From contig MWEF01000005.1 in assembly GCA_002070905.1 (NCBI GenBank), positions 1,412 through 65,411 on the forward strand: a stretch of 64,000 nt of DNA, in the 5' to 3' direction. The notes under the pieces are model-generated. The model had not been told where the DNA came from, did not search any database, and saw nothing but the letters and a program-made list of their open reading frames with translations. Position 1 is the first letter of the stretch; the number at the start of each line of letters is the position of its first letter. Positions 27,609 to 37,838 of the stretch are shown one piece after another. Source of the DNA: Tenericutes bacterium ADurb.Bin087 (lineage in GTDB: Bacteria; Bacillota_I; Bacilli_A; RFN20; CAG-826). A program made the position numbers and the translations under genes.

Positions 27609-28931
27609 ATGTTAGATACGATTGTTGCACTAGCTACTCCACCGATGATGGGTGCCCTTGCCATTATTCGGCTCTCAGGACCTGAGGCTTTTAATATTGT
27701 CACAAAAAGTTTTACTAAAGACTTAACTAAATTAAATAAAAACGCAATGGTATATGGCAAACTTTTTGACGACGAAGAACTTGTGGACGAAGTCATTGCC
27801 TTTTGTTTTAAAGGACCGCATTCTTTTACTGGTGAAGATGTTGTCGAAATTAGTTGCCACGGGAGCATGCTTATCGCGAATGAGATTATCGAATTAATGA
27901 TTAAAAATGGCGCACGACTCGCGGGCCGTGGGGAGTTTACTAATCGCGCGTATTTAAATGGTAAGCTTGACTTAGTGCAAGCGGAAGCTGTTAACGACAT
28001 GATTACCGCGACGACTAAAGAAGCAAAGAAATTATCACTTCTTTCACTCGTTGGCGAAACAAGTAAAGTTGTGTATCCAATTCGCGAAAGAATCGCGGAC
28101 GTGATGAGTTTAATTGAAGTTAACATTGATTATCCTGAATATCGCGACATTGAAGAAGCAAGTTATGCGCTTGTGATTAGTGAAGTTGATTATATAAATG
28201 CGGAGATTAAGAAATTAATTAATCAAGGCAGACAAGGCCAAATTATTAAAGAAGGAATTAAAGTTGCAATTGTTGGTGCTCCTAATGTAGGAAAATCATC
28301 ATTATTAAATGCATTACTTAAAGAAGATAAAGCGATTGTTACCGATATTGCGGGCACAACGCGTGATGTCGTGGAAGGCGAAATTAACTTACACGGGCTC
28401 CGACTTCTGCTTTTAGACACAGCGGGAATTAGAGAAAGCGTTGATAAAATTGAAAGCATTGGAATTGAAAAAACAAAGAAGTCAATTGCCGAAGCCGATT
28501 TAGTAATATATGTAAAAGACGCAGAAAATGTAGGCAAAGAAGATGAATTCGCCGATTTAATTAAGGACAAGAAAGTTATAACGGTGTATAACAAAGGTGA
28601 TTTAGTAAGCAAGAAAGATCCGAGTCGACTTTATATCTCCGCGCTCACTAATGATATCGGGGCATTAGAAAAAGCAATTGCGAAAGTTGTGGGTGTTGAT
28701 GAAGAAAGTTACTTACGCCCAAGTTTGAATAATGCGCGGCAACTCGCATTACTCCGAAAAGCTTATGAAGAACTAGAAACTGCTAAACAAGAAGCGATTG
28801 ATGAAGTTGCGATTGATCTTGTTAGCGTATCCTTACAACAAGCTTTCTTCACAATTAAAGAAATATTAGGCGAAAACGTTGATAATGATTTAAGTAAAGA
28901 AATCTTTTCACGTTTTTGTGTTGGTAAATAA
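27609..28931 (+). CDS. mnmE: tRNA modification GTPase MnmE
   Basis: 440 aa starting TIVALATPPMMGALAIIRLSGPEAF, with G-domain motifs GAPNVGKSSLLNAL and DTAGIRES, NKGD, and the C-terminal CVGK. Confidence 0.95.
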   Translation: MLDTIVALATPPMMGALAIIRLSGPEAFNIVTKSFTKDLTKLNKNAMVYGKLFDDEELVDEVIAFCFKGPHSFTGEDVVEISCHGSMLIANEIIELMIKNGARLAGRGEFTNRAYLNGKLDLVQAEAVNDMITATTKEAKKLSLLSLVGETSKVVYPIRERIADVMSLIEVNIDYPEYRDIEEASYALVISEVDYINAEIKKLINQGRQGQIIKEGIKVAIVGAPNVGKSSLLNALLKEDKAIVTDIAGTTRDVVEGEINLHGLRLLLLDTAGIRESVDKIESIGIEKTKKSIAEADLVIYVKDAENVGKEDEFADLIKDKKVITVYNKGDLVSKKDPSRLYISALTNDIGALEKAIAKVVGVDEESYLRPSLNNARQLALLRKAYEELETAKQEAIDEVAIDLVSVSLQQAFFTIKEILGENVDNDLSKEIFSRFCVGK

Positions 28932-28933
28932 CG

Positions 28934-29701
28934 ATGTTTTTTGATACGCATTGTCATCTAAATGACAGAAGATATGAAAATGATATTGAAGGATATGTGG
29001 AACGCGCTAAAAAGGCGGGCGTTAACTATCTTTTGATTGTTGCCTGGGACGTTAAATCAAGCAAGAAAGCAATTACAATTGCTGAAAGATTTAATAATGT
29101 GTATGCGGCAGTAGGTATTCACCCCGTCGATGCTGTTAAAACACCAAAGAGCGATTTAAAAGAACTTGAAAAATTGCTCACCCATCCTAAAGTAATCGCT
29201 TTAGGAGAAATTGGATTAGATTATCACTGGATTAAAGATGAAAAAGAACGCGCGATTGAACATGATTTTTTTGTTATGCAAATTGAATTAGCGAATAAAT
29301 ATCGAAAACCAGTGCTCATCCATATGCGAGACGCAACAAATGATACGTACGAAGTTTTAAAAAATAATACACCGAAATATCAGGGAATCATGCATTCTTA
29401 TAGTGGCTCAAAAGAAATGGCGTTACGCTTTATGGATTTAGGAATGTATATAAGCCTTGGTGGACCAGTAACCTTTTTGAACGCTCGCGAACCAAAAGAA
29501 GTAGCAAGCGTTGTAAGTGAAGAGCGACTTCTGCTTGAGACAGATGCGCCATATTTAACACCACATCCATATCGCGGCAAACTAAATGAAAGCGCAAATA
29601 TTCCACTTATTGCCGAGGCTATAGCAACGATTCGTAATGTTTCTGTCGAGAAAGTCGAAGAGTTTACGACAAAGAACGCTAAGACGTTATTTAAATTATG
29701 A
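28934..29701 (+). CDS. tatD: TatD-family metal-dependent DNase/hydrolase (YabD-like)
   Basis: 255 aa with MFFDTHCHLND, AVGIHP, GEIGLDYHW, IHMRDA, HSYSG and ETDAPYLTP. Confidence 0.9.
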   Translation: MFFDTHCHLNDRRYENDIEGYVERAKKAGVNYLLIVAWDVKSSKKAITIAERFNNVYAAVGIHPVDAVKTPKSDLKELEKLLTHPKVIALGEIGLDYHWIKDEKERAIEHDFFVMQIELANKYRKPVLIHMRDATNDTYEVLKNNTPKYQGIMHSYSGSKEMALRFMDLGMYISLGGPVTFLNAREPKEVASVVSEERLLLETDAPYLTPHPYRGKLNESANIPLIAEAIATIRNVSVEKVEEFTTKNAKTLFKL

Positions 29702-30237
29702 GTGGTAAAATCTTGTTAAATTGTATCTTTGTCGTGGAAGGAAAACATGATGAAGAAAGGTTAAAAAAGCTAGATTATACTTACGTAGTAAGGACAGAAG
29801 GAACAAGTGTTCCACGTGAAACTATTAGACATCTACAAGCTTTAGCCGCACTTCATGACGTTATTATCTTAACTGATCCAGATGGTCCAGGACAAAATAT
29901 TGCTAATATATTACGAACACACATTCCAAGCGCAAAGACACTAAATATATTAAAAAAAGATAGTATTAAAAATAATACTGTTGGTGTTGAGAATGTTCCG
30001 TTACATTTATTAAAAGAATATGTTTTGCCATTTATCAACAAGAAATTTGTCACTTCTTCTGATGTTACGTATCCTAAACTATTATATTTAGGACTCGCAG
30101 GACCAAATTCAAAAGTTAAAAAAATAAAGATTGCTAAAAAGTTTCATCTATTAGTGAGCAGTCTTAAAAACATGTTATTGCAAATTCAATTACTTAATAT
30201 AAATTATGAAGATTTAAAAGAGGCGCTCTATGAATAA
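29698..30237 (+). CDS. rnmV: ribonuclease M5 (Toprim domain)
   Basis: 179 aa with VVEGKHDEERLKKL and ILTDPDGPGQNIA (the Toprim E and DxD). It shows the Bacillus-like synteny yabD-rnmV-ksgA and an ATGA overlap with tatD. Confidence 0.85.
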   Translation: MSGKILLNCIFVVEGKHDEERLKKLDYTYVVRTEGTSVPRETIRHLQALAALHDVIILTDPDGPGQNIANILRTHIPSAKTLNILKKDSIKNNTVGVENVPLHLLKEYVLPFINKKFVTSSDVTYPKLLYLGLAGPNSKVKKIKIAKKFHLLVSSLKNMLLQIQLLNINYEDLKEALYE

Positions 30238-31027
30238 GGAAGAAATAGTTACATTATTAGCAAAGGAAAACTTGTCTCCACAAAAAAGAAAAGGACAAAA
30301 TTTTTTAGTGGACAAAGATATCGCACGGAAGATTGTGAGTTTTTTAGAGCCTTGTTACACTGATGTAATTGAAGTTGGGCCAGGGCTTGGCGCATTAACA
30401 AAAGAGCTACTTTTAAAGACTATTAATTTCACTGCAATTGAAATCGATAAAGGTTTTGTGCGTGTATTAAGAGCAAAGTATCCACATCTTAATATTATTG
30501 AAAAAGACTTCCTTGATTATAATGTTCCACGTGAAACAAAAGCTGTTATTAGTAATATTCCGTATTACATCACCACAAAAATAATTGAAAAGGTGTTATT
30601 AGAAGCAGAAAACCTTAAAAAGTTTGTATTTATGACTCAAATTGATGTAAAGGATCGATTATTAGCAAAACCAAGAACAAAAGCATATAGCCCGCTACGC
30701 GTGTTATTAAGTTTGCTTGGTGATATTGAACAAAAACTAGTAGTGAGCGCTGATAAATTTTACCCTGTTCCGCATGTTGATTCCGCAGTATTTTCTTTTA
30801 CACGCGAAAAAAGCGATATTCCTGTGCGTGAATTGTATGCGTTTTTAAACACCGCCTTCCTTAATAGACGGAAGACACTATATAACAACTTAAAAAACAT
30901 ATACGACAAAGAAGATATTTTAAATGCTTTAGTGAAACATCAAATTGATGAAAATATTAGAGCGGAAGCACTAACTCCTGAACTCTTATTAGCGTTATTT
31001 ACAACATTAACGCATAATAAGCATTGA
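30230..31027 (+). CDS. rsmA: 16S rRNA (adenine1518/1519-N6)-dimethyltransferase
   Basis: 265 aa with GQNFLVD, the SAM motif VIEVGPGLGALT, and SNIPYYITT. It ends in TGA (31025-31027). Confidence 0.93.
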   Translation: MNKEEIVTLLAKENLSPQKRKGQNFLVDKDIARKIVSFLEPCYTDVIEVGPGLGALTKELLLKTINFTAIEIDKGFVRVLRAKYPHLNIIEKDFLDYNVPRETKAVISNIPYYITTKIIEKVLLEAENLKKFVFMTQIDVKDRLLAKPRTKAYSPLRVLLSLLGDIEQKLVVSADKFYPVPHVDSAVFSFTREKSDIPVRELYAFLNTAFLNRRKTLYNNLKNIYDKEDILNALVKHQIDENIRAEALTPELLLALFTTLTHNKH

Positions 31028-31066
31028 AAAGGTCCTAAAATAACGTAATTTTGGTATCATATAAAT

Positions 31067-31918
31067 ATGATAGTAACTGCAAATGCACGCTTATCTATAA
31101 GTGTGAAAACAACGCTTAATCCACTGACAAATGCTTTAGAGATTAAAAGCGTAGTTTTACCTATTGAATTTAGCGATACAATTACAATCGATGGTTTTAA
31201 CACAGCGTTTATGGATATTGTTCACTACACGAATAAAGCTCTACACGTCAAAGAAAAACGAATCATTGACGAAGCATTAATTAAGATGCGTGATAAGTTT
31301 GACTATAAACAAAACTTTTCGGTTAAAATTCATAAAAATATCCCTACTGGTCACGGTTTAGGAAGTGGGGCAAGTGACGCTACTTCTGTGATTAAAGCTG
31401 TGGCACATTTAGCTAAATTAAAATTAACACCTGAGCAATATTACGATTTAGCGGTTAATGTCGGGAAAGATGTCCCTTATTTCTTAGTGAATAAACCCGC
31501 TGTGTATGACTTAAACAAACAAGAAGTAATACCTTTTAAATTTAAACATAATCCGTATGTATTATTAATCATTCATTCTGATATTTACGAAAAAGAAAAT
31601 GTTGTTAAAGATTTTATGGATTATGGTGAGTCACTACCAAAACAACTAGCAAACGTTGTGGAAGTTGCCGAAAAGGGTTCTTTACGCGAGTTAGGCTCAG
31701 TACTCTTTAACGACTTTAGTGAAACAATTATTAAATATACACCCGCACTGCGCGCTGTATTAAATGATTTAAAGCAATTAAATATTGAAGCTTATGGCAT
31801 TGCTGGAACTGGAAACACAATATTTGCGTTAAGCGATAACCGAAATTTATTACGTTTTATTAATGATAAGTATCGAAAACTAAACTATCAAACAGTGATG
31901 ACAAGAGTCATTAAATAG
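31067..31918 (+). CDS. ispE: 4-diphosphocytidyl-2-C-methyl-D-erythritol kinase (GHMP kinase, IspE-like)
   Basis: 283 aa. The N-terminus ANARLSISV resembles the IspE A-x-A-K-I-N-L start. It has the GHMP motif IPTGHGLGSGASDATSV and the Bacillus-like ksgA-ispE synteny. The sequence is divergent. Confidence 0.65.
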   Translation: MIVTANARLSISVKTTLNPLTNALEIKSVVLPIEFSDTITIDGFNTAFMDIVHYTNKALHVKEKRIIDEALIKMRDKFDYKQNFSVKIHKNIPTGHGLGSGASDATSVIKAVAHLAKLKLTPEQYYDLAVNVGKDVPYFLVNKPAVYDLNKQEVIPFKFKHNPYVLLIIHSDIYEKENVVKDFMDYGESLPKQLANVVEVAEKGSLRELGSVLFNDFSETIIKYTPALRAVLNDLKQLNIEAYGIAGTGNTIFALSDNRNLLRFINDKYRKLNYQTVMTRVIK

Positions 31919-31927
31919 GAGAATTGT

Positions 31928-33316
31928 ATGAAAAGAAATGCGATTATTTTGGCCGCGGGGAAAGGCACCCGCATGAAATCATTAAATCAAGAAGTATCAA
32001 AAGTAGGATTTGAAATACTTGGGAAACCACTGATTAACTGGGTATTAGACGCAGCAAAACCGCATATTACTGGTCGAACGGTTGTAATTGTTGGTTTTGG
32101 TGGTAATCATACTTCTAAGCTTGTTGAAGGTAAAGCTGAAATTGCCTGGCAACATGAACAAAAAGGGACAGGACACGCGATTATTCAAACCGCGCCACTG
32201 CTTGAAAAAGAAAAAGGCGATACTTTAATATTAAGTGGTGATGTACCACTTATTACCGAACAATCCATCAGCGGGCTCCTTAATCTCCACAGTAAAGAAA
32301 AGAACGACTTAACAATTTTAACCGCTAAACCAGATAATCCTTTTGGTTATGGTAGAGTCTTACGGGCGCCAAATGGCGAAGTAACACGGATAGTGGAACA
32401 AAAAGATTTAACGGGGAATGAAGGTGATATCAGTGAAGTTAATGCTGGAATGTATGTTGTGAATAACAAAAAATTATTCCAAGAATTAAAGAATTTAAAA
32501 CCAAACAACAAACAAGGTGAATTATATTTAACAGATATTATTGGTTTGTTTAAAGAAAGAGGCTATAAAGTTGGGGCTTTTGTGCTTGCTAATCCCGATG
32601 AAATGCTTGGCACGAATGATCGGGCGCAACTTGCGGAAGCCGCAGAATTACTAAAAAAACGTATCAACTTAATGCATATGTTAAATGGTGTGACGATTGA
32701 AGATCCAAATAACACATACATTGGACCAGATGTCACGATTGGCCAAGATACAATCATTAGTCCTAACACGACTATTTTGGGAAATAGCAATATTGGTGTC
32801 GCTAATGAAATTGGACCAAATACATATTTAAAGAATATGAAAGTTGGTGACTATAACACAATTATTTACAGCCATTTAGTGGATAGTGAAATTTGTAATA
32901 ATGTTAAAGTTGGTCCGTTTGCGAGAATGCGCCAAAGCGCCTTAGTAAAAGATGAATCACGGATTGGAAACTTTGTGGAACTTAAAAGCACAACATTCCA
33001 TGAAGGTGTAAAGGCAAGCCACTTAGCGTATATGGGTGATGCCGAATTAGGAGCGCACACGAATGTTGGTGCCGGAGCAATTACCGCGAACTATGATGGC
33101 GTTCATAAATACAAAACAATTGTTGGCGAACACGTTTTCATTGGTACAAACACCACCCTAGTTGCCCCGCTTCATATTGGTGAAGGCTCTTACCTTGCCG
33201 CAGCATCAATCATTAATAAAGATGTGCCAAAAGACACACTCGCCATCGCTCGTTCGCGGCAAGAAAACAAAGAAGGCTATGCGAATGTAATTCGGGAAAA
33301 ACAAAAAAAGAAATAG
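31928..33316 (+). CDS. glmU: bifunctional UDP-N-acetylglucosamine pyrophosphorylase / glucosamine-1-phosphate N-acetyltransferase
   Basis: 462 aa with AIILAAGKGTRMKS, GTGHA and LSGDVPL, plus C-terminal left-handed beta-helix hexapeptide repeats (NVGAGAITANYDG). Confidence 0.93.
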   Translation: MKRNAIILAAGKGTRMKSLNQEVSKVGFEILGKPLINWVLDAAKPHITGRTVVIVGFGGNHTSKLVEGKAEIAWQHEQKGTGHAIIQTAPLLEKEKGDTLILSGDVPLITEQSISGLLNLHSKEKNDLTILTAKPDNPFGYGRVLRAPNGEVTRIVEQKDLTGNEGDISEVNAGMYVVNNKKLFQELKNLKPNNKQGELYLTDIIGLFKERGYKVGAFVLANPDEMLGTNDRAQLAEAAELLKKRINLMHMLNGVTIEDPNNTYIGPDVTIGQDTIISPNTTILGNSNIGVANEIGPNTYLKNMKVGDYNTIIYSHLVDSEICNNVKVGPFARMRQSALVKDESRIGNFVELKSTTFHEGVKASHLAYMGDAELGAHTNVGAGAITANYDGVHKYKTIVGEHVFIGTNTTLVAPLHIGEGSYLAAASIINKDVPKDTLAIARSRQENKEGYANVIREKQKKK

Positions 33317-33336
33317 GAATTGCTGGAAAAATAACT

Positions 33337-33363
33337 AAAGACGCTTGTAATGAGCGTCTTTTT
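33337..33363 (+). terminator. rho-independent terminator after glmU
   Basis: A 9-bp stem AAAGACGCU/AGCGUCUUU has a 7-nt loop, and the U-run continues from the stem. Confidence 0.8.
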
Positions 33364-33365
33364 AA

Positions 33366-33398
33366 ATAACAAAAACCCCGCTCCAAAGAACGGGGTTC
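33366..33398 (-). terminator. rho-independent terminator after ppdK
   Basis: On the minus strand the stem AACCCCG/CGGGGUU has a 10-nt loop and is followed by UUUGUUAUUU. Confidence 0.7.
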
Positions 33399-33430
33399 AA
33401 ATCTTACTAAACGATAATTACAATTAATTA

Positions 33431-36073
33431 TTATTTAGTTTTTTTATGTTTGATAGCAGCTTGAGCAGCGGCTAAGCGGGCAATTGGTACACGATATGGT
33501 GAACAACTGACATAGTCTAAGCCAACGCTATCAAAGAATTCGATGGAATTTGGATCACCACCATGTTCGCCACAGACACCTAAATGAACATCAGGATTGC
33601 CCTTGCGACCACGTTCAACACCTAAACGCACTAATTGGCCAACGCCTTCAGTGTCTAAGGTTTGGAATGGATCTTGTTCGAAGATACGAGCTTCAGTGTA
33701 GTCTGGAAGAAATTTCGCCGCATCATCACGGCTAAAGCCAAACGTCATTTGTGTTAAATCGTTTGTCCCAAAGCTGAAGAATTCAGCTTCTTTCGCAATC
33801 TTGTCGGCAAGTAAGGTTGCCCGTGGGATTTCAATCATTGTCCCAACGAGGTAACTAAGTTTTTGACCGCTCTTCTTAATTAATGCATCAGCGGTTTTCC
33901 GCACGTATTCTTCAACGTATTTATATTCTTTAACGTCTAACACAAGTGGAATCATGATTTCTGGATGGATAGCTTTACCAGTATCTTTTTGGGCACGTAA
34001 GGCGGCGCTGATAATTGCTTTTGTTTGCATCACAGCAATTTCTGGGTAAGAAACGGCTAAGCGAACACCACGGTGGCCCATCATTGGGTTAAATTCTGAA
34101 AGTGATTCAATCCGTTCATGGAGAATAGTGACATCAACTTTAAGTTCTTTGGCTAAAGCAACGATTTGTGCTTCTTCAGTTGGTAGGAATTCATGTAACG
34201 GAGGGTCAAGTAAACGAACCGTAACAGGTAATCCCTTCATCACTTTAAAGATGCCATAGAAGTCTTCTTCTTGGTAAGGAAGGATTTGCGCTAAAGCTGC
34301 TTCGCGCTCTGCTTTTGTCGCAGAAAGAATCATTTTACGCATAAAGAATACACGATTAACATCAAAGAACATATGTTCGGTACGGCATAAACCAATACCT
34401 GCTGCCCCAAAGTCACGACCATGGGTGGCATCAAGTGGAGTATCAGCGTTAACACGGACTTCAAGACGACGATATTTGTCGGCTAATTTCATGAAACGAC
34501 CAAAGTAACCAGTGAGTTGTGGTTCGACTAACGGAATTTCACCTTCATAAATGTTTCCGGTTGTCCCATCAATACTAATAACGTCTTTTGTGGTGTAAAC
34601 TTTGTCACCAACTTTCATTGTGTGGTTAACTTCATCAATAATGACGTCGTGGGCACCAACGATACATGTTGTTCCCATTCCGCGCGCGACAACAGCGGCG
34701 TGGCTAGTCATACCACCGCGTGAAGTAAGAATACCAGCGGCGGAAACCATACCAGCAATGTCTTCTGGTGAAGTTTCACTACGAACTAAAAGGACGGTTT
34801 CGCCTTTTTCTTTTCGTTCAGCAGCATCAGCGGCGTCAAAACTTAAACGTCCTGTTGCGGCACCTGGAGAAGCTGGTAAACCAGAGGCGATAACTTTTTT
34901 GGTTTTTAAGACTTTTTGATCAAAGCCTTTGTGAAGTAAGCTATCAAGTGCTTTTGGATCAACACGTAAGACGGCTTCTTCTTCAGTAATTAAACCTTCA
35001 TCAATTAAGTCACATGCGATTTTAAGTGCCGCAGCGGCCGTTCTTTTACCACTGCGTGTTTGTAAGAAGTATAATTTACCATCTTCAACGGTAAATTCGA
35101 TATCTTGCATATCGCGATAATGTTTTTCTAATTTATGTAGAGTGTCGACAAATTGTTTGTAGACTTCAGGCATGTTTTCTTCTAACCAACTAATTGGTAG
35201 CGGGGTACGAATACCAGCCACAACGTCTTCACCTTGAGCATTTGGTAAGTATTCAGCGAAGATGTGGTTGTCACCAGTGGATGGCGAACGGGTAAAGGCA
35301 ACACCAGTGCCACTTGTATCACCCTTGTTACCATAAACCATTGATTGAACGTTAACAGCAGTACCCCATTCGTAAGGAATATGATTCATTCTGCGGTAAA
35401 TGTTTGCTCTTTCGTTATCCCAACTACGGAAAACAGCGGTAACAGCTTCAATTAATTGGACACGAGCGTCACTTGGGAACTCTTCCCCAAGCACTTTTTT
35501 ATAGTGTGCTTTGAACTTTTTCACTAATTCTTTTAAGTGTTCAGCTTTTAATTCGCTATCAAGTTTAACACCAGCTTTAACTTTAGTTTCTTCAAGCATT
35601 TTTTCCATTTCAGCGCGTGGCTTACCTTTAACGACGTTGAAGTACATTAAAATGAAACGACGATAGCTGTCATAGGCAAATGCCGCGTTGTCCGTTTCTT
35701 TAGCTAAAACTTCTGCGACTTCATCATTAAGTCCTAAGTTTAAAACGGTATCCATCATCCCAGGCATCGATACACGAGCACCAGAACGGACACTGACGAG
35801 TAATGGGTTTTTCTTGCCCCCAAATGTTTTGCCAGTTTCTTTTTCTAAATCTGTGACTGCTTTGTAAATTTGATCAATCACAAATTGTGGTAATTTTTTA
35901 CCTTCATTGTAATAAAGGTTGCAAGCTTCAGTTGTGACGGTGAACCCTTGTGGAATAGGAACGCCAATGCGTGTCATTTCAGCAAGGTTAGCACCTTTAC
36001 CGCCCAAGTAATTCCGGCCTAATTTTTCGCCTTCTTTACACTTGAACGCAAAGACATATCTTTTTTCTGCCAT
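33431..36073 (-). CDS. ppdK: pyruvate, phosphate dikinase
   Basis: 880 aa with an ATP-grasp N-terminus (GGKGANLAEM), the phosphohistidine domain GGMTSHAAVVARGMG, and a PEP-utilizer C-terminus (GLCRTEHMF, SFGTNDLTQ, VSCSPYRVP). Confidence 0.96.
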   Translation of the reverse strand: MAEKRYVFAFKCKEGEKLGRNYLGGKGANLAEMTRIGVPIPQGFTVTTEACNLYYNEGKKLPQFVIDQIYKAVTDLEKETGKTFGGKKNPLLVSVRSGARVSMPGMMDTVLNLGLNDEVAEVLAKETDNAAFAYDSYRRFILMYFNVVKGKPRAEMEKMLEETKVKAGVKLDSELKAEHLKELVKKFKAHYKKVLGEEFPSDARVQLIEAVTAVFRSWDNERANIYRRMNHIPYEWGTAVNVQSMVYGNKGDTSGTGVAFTRSPSTGDNHIFAEYLPNAQGEDVVAGIRTPLPISWLEENMPEVYKQFVDTLHKLEKHYRDMQDIEFTVEDGKLYFLQTRSGKRTAAAALKIACDLIDEGLITEEEAVLRVDPKALDSLLHKGFDQKVLKTKKVIASGLPASPGAATGRLSFDAADAAERKEKGETVLLVRSETSPEDIAGMVSAAGILTSRGGMTSHAAVVARGMGTTCIVGAHDVIIDEVNHTMKVGDKVYTTKDVISIDGTTGNIYEGEIPLVEPQLTGYFGRFMKLADKYRRLEVRVNADTPLDATHGRDFGAAGIGLCRTEHMFFDVNRVFFMRKMILSATKAEREAALAQILPYQEEDFYGIFKVMKGLPVTVRLLDPPLHEFLPTEEAQIVALAKELKVDVTILHERIESLSEFNPMMGHRGVRLAVSYPEIAVMQTKAIISAALRAQKDTGKAIHPEIMIPLVLDVKEYKYVEEYVRKTADALIKKSGQKLSYLVGTMIEIPRATLLADKIAKEAEFFSFGTNDLTQMTFGFSRDDAAKFLPDYTEARIFEQDPFQTLDTEGVGQLVRLGVERGRKGNPDVHLGVCGEHGGDPNSIEFFDSVGLDYVSCSPYRVPIARLAAAQAAIKHKKTK

Positions 36074-36238
36074 ATTCTTCCTCCTTTTTAAGCAGTATTT
36101 AACATACCATCGCTATCTATAATATCATAGATATTAAGGTTTATTGTAATAAATCACTCAAAAACAATGAAAATAGATGAGAAAAGACGATAACACTAAT
36201 AATTTGCTAAAATAGTAATGCTAGAGGAAACGGCGAAT

Positions 36239-37780
36239 ATGGAAAAAAAAGAAAAACTTGTACTAGCGATTGATTTTGGGACTCAGTCTCTAAGAGTTTC
36301 TGTTGTAAATCAATTTGGAGAAATAAAAGCAATCATTAAAAGTAAATACAATGAGGCTTATTTTAGTAGTGAGCCTGGTTTTGCAGAACAAAATCCAAAC
36401 TATTATTGGTATGAATTATGTGATGCAACATATAAATTAAAAGAAAAACACGGCGACTTATTAGAAAAAGTAATAGCAATGAGCGTCACGACTTTCCGCG
36501 ATAGCCCAGTCTTCCTTGATAAAAATTACGAACCAACACGGCCAATGGTATTATGGCTTGATCAACGACAGGCCGCACTCGATAAGAAATTACCACTTAT
36601 CCGCCGTTTAATTTTTAGTGTTGTTGGCATGGCTGAAACAGTTAACCTAAATATGAGACGTACCCCAGCGATTTGGGTGCAAGAAAACGAAAAAGATGTT
36701 TGGGAAAAAACAGCATATTATGTGAATATTTCAACGTTTATTAACTACAAGTTAATCGGTGAACTAATTGACAGTGTCGCTAATCAAACAGGCCACTTTC
36801 CAATTCATTTTAAAAAAGGAAAATGGTATGGTGACAATGCATTAAAAAATATTTATCGCGTACCACGCACGAAATTAGCAAAAATTGTTAAGCAAGGGAC
36901 AGTGATGGGCGTCGTTTCAAAAGAAGCAAGTAAAGCTACTGGCCTACCTGAAGGTTTAAAAATTATAGCCGCAGGAACCGATAAAGGTAGTGAGGCTTTT
37001 GGGACGGGAGCATCACGTAAAGACATTGCCTCAATTTCTTATGGTACCGCTAGCGCAATTTCAGTTCCGAACAAAAAATATATTGAACCTGAACTTTTCT
37101 TACCAGCCTATAGCGCTCCAATCGCCGGTCTTTATCAGATGGAAGTGCAAATTTATCGTGGCTATTGGATGGTAGGGTGGTTTATTAAACAATTTGGTGC
37201 TCGTGAAACACTTGAAGCTCATATAGAAACACTAGCGACCGAAGAAGTATTAAATCAAAAAATGTTAGAAATTCCGCCTGGGGCACAAGGGTTAGTACTT
37301 CAACCTTATTGGGGTCCAGGACTAAAGCGTCCTGAGGCACGTGGTGCGATTGTTGGGTTTAGTGATTATCACACCCGCATTCATGTGTATCGCGCGATTA
37401 TTGAAGGGATTGCTTTTGGATTAAAAGAAGGGCTCGTTGGTATTGAAAAAAGACAACGAAAAAAAGTAAAAGAAATTAGGGTATCGGGCGGGGGTTCGCA
37501 AAGTGATGCGATATGTCAAATAACCGCGGATATATTTGGCGTACCAGTTAGTCGTACACAAACTTATGAAACAGCAACCATTGGAACTGCACTTGTGACC
37601 TTTTATTATTTGGGAATTTTTGACTCGCTTGAAGCAGCAACAAAGTCAATGGTCCATATTGAAAAAACCTTTAAACCTAACCCTGAAAACGTTAAACAAT
37701 ATAATAAATTGTATAAAGATGTATACGCTAAGTTATATCCAAAATTAAAAGGTATATATAAGAAACTAAAATATTTCTAA
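36239..37780 (+). CDS. FGGY-family carbohydrate kinase (substrate not assignable)
   Basis: It has LAIDFGTQSLRV (phosphate-1 motif), GTDKGSEAFG, and a C-terminal GGGSQSD. I prefer the start MEKKEKLV (ATG 36239) after GAGGAA. Confidence 0.8.
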   Translation: MEKKEKLVLAIDFGTQSLRVSVVNQFGEIKAIIKSKYNEAYFSSEPGFAEQNPNYYWYELCDATYKLKEKHGDLLEKVIAMSVTTFRDSPVFLDKNYEPTRPMVLWLDQRQAALDKKLPLIRRLIFSVVGMAETVNLNMRRTPAIWVQENEKDVWEKTAYYVNISTFINYKLIGELIDSVANQTGHFPIHFKKGKWYGDNALKNIYRVPRTKLAKIVKQGTVMGVVSKEASKATGLPEGLKIIAAGTDKGSEAFGTGASRKDIASISYGTASAISVPNKKYIEPELFLPAYSAPIAGLYQMEVQIYRGYWMVGWFIKQFGARETLEAHIETLATEEVLNQKMLEIPPGAQGLVLQPYWGPGLKRPEARGAIVGFSDYHTRIHVYRAIIEGIAFGLKEGLVGIEKRQRKKVKEIRVSGGGSQSDAICQITADIFGVPVSRTQTYETATIGTALVTFYYLGIFDSLEAATKSMVHIEKTFKPNPENVKQYNKLYKDVYAKLYPKLKGIYKKLKYF

Positions 37781-37792
37781 AGCGCATAATAA

Positions 37793-37823
37793 AAAGGGTT
37801 AACTAGTAAATTAACCCTTTTTT
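37793..37823. terminator. bidirectional rho-independent terminator between the FGGY kinase gene and the convergent ABC exporter operon
   Basis: A 10-bp stem AAAGGGUUAA/UUAACCCUUU has an 8-nt loop and U-runs on both strands. Confidence 0.8.
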
Positions 37824-37838
37824 GCTGTAAATAATTGA

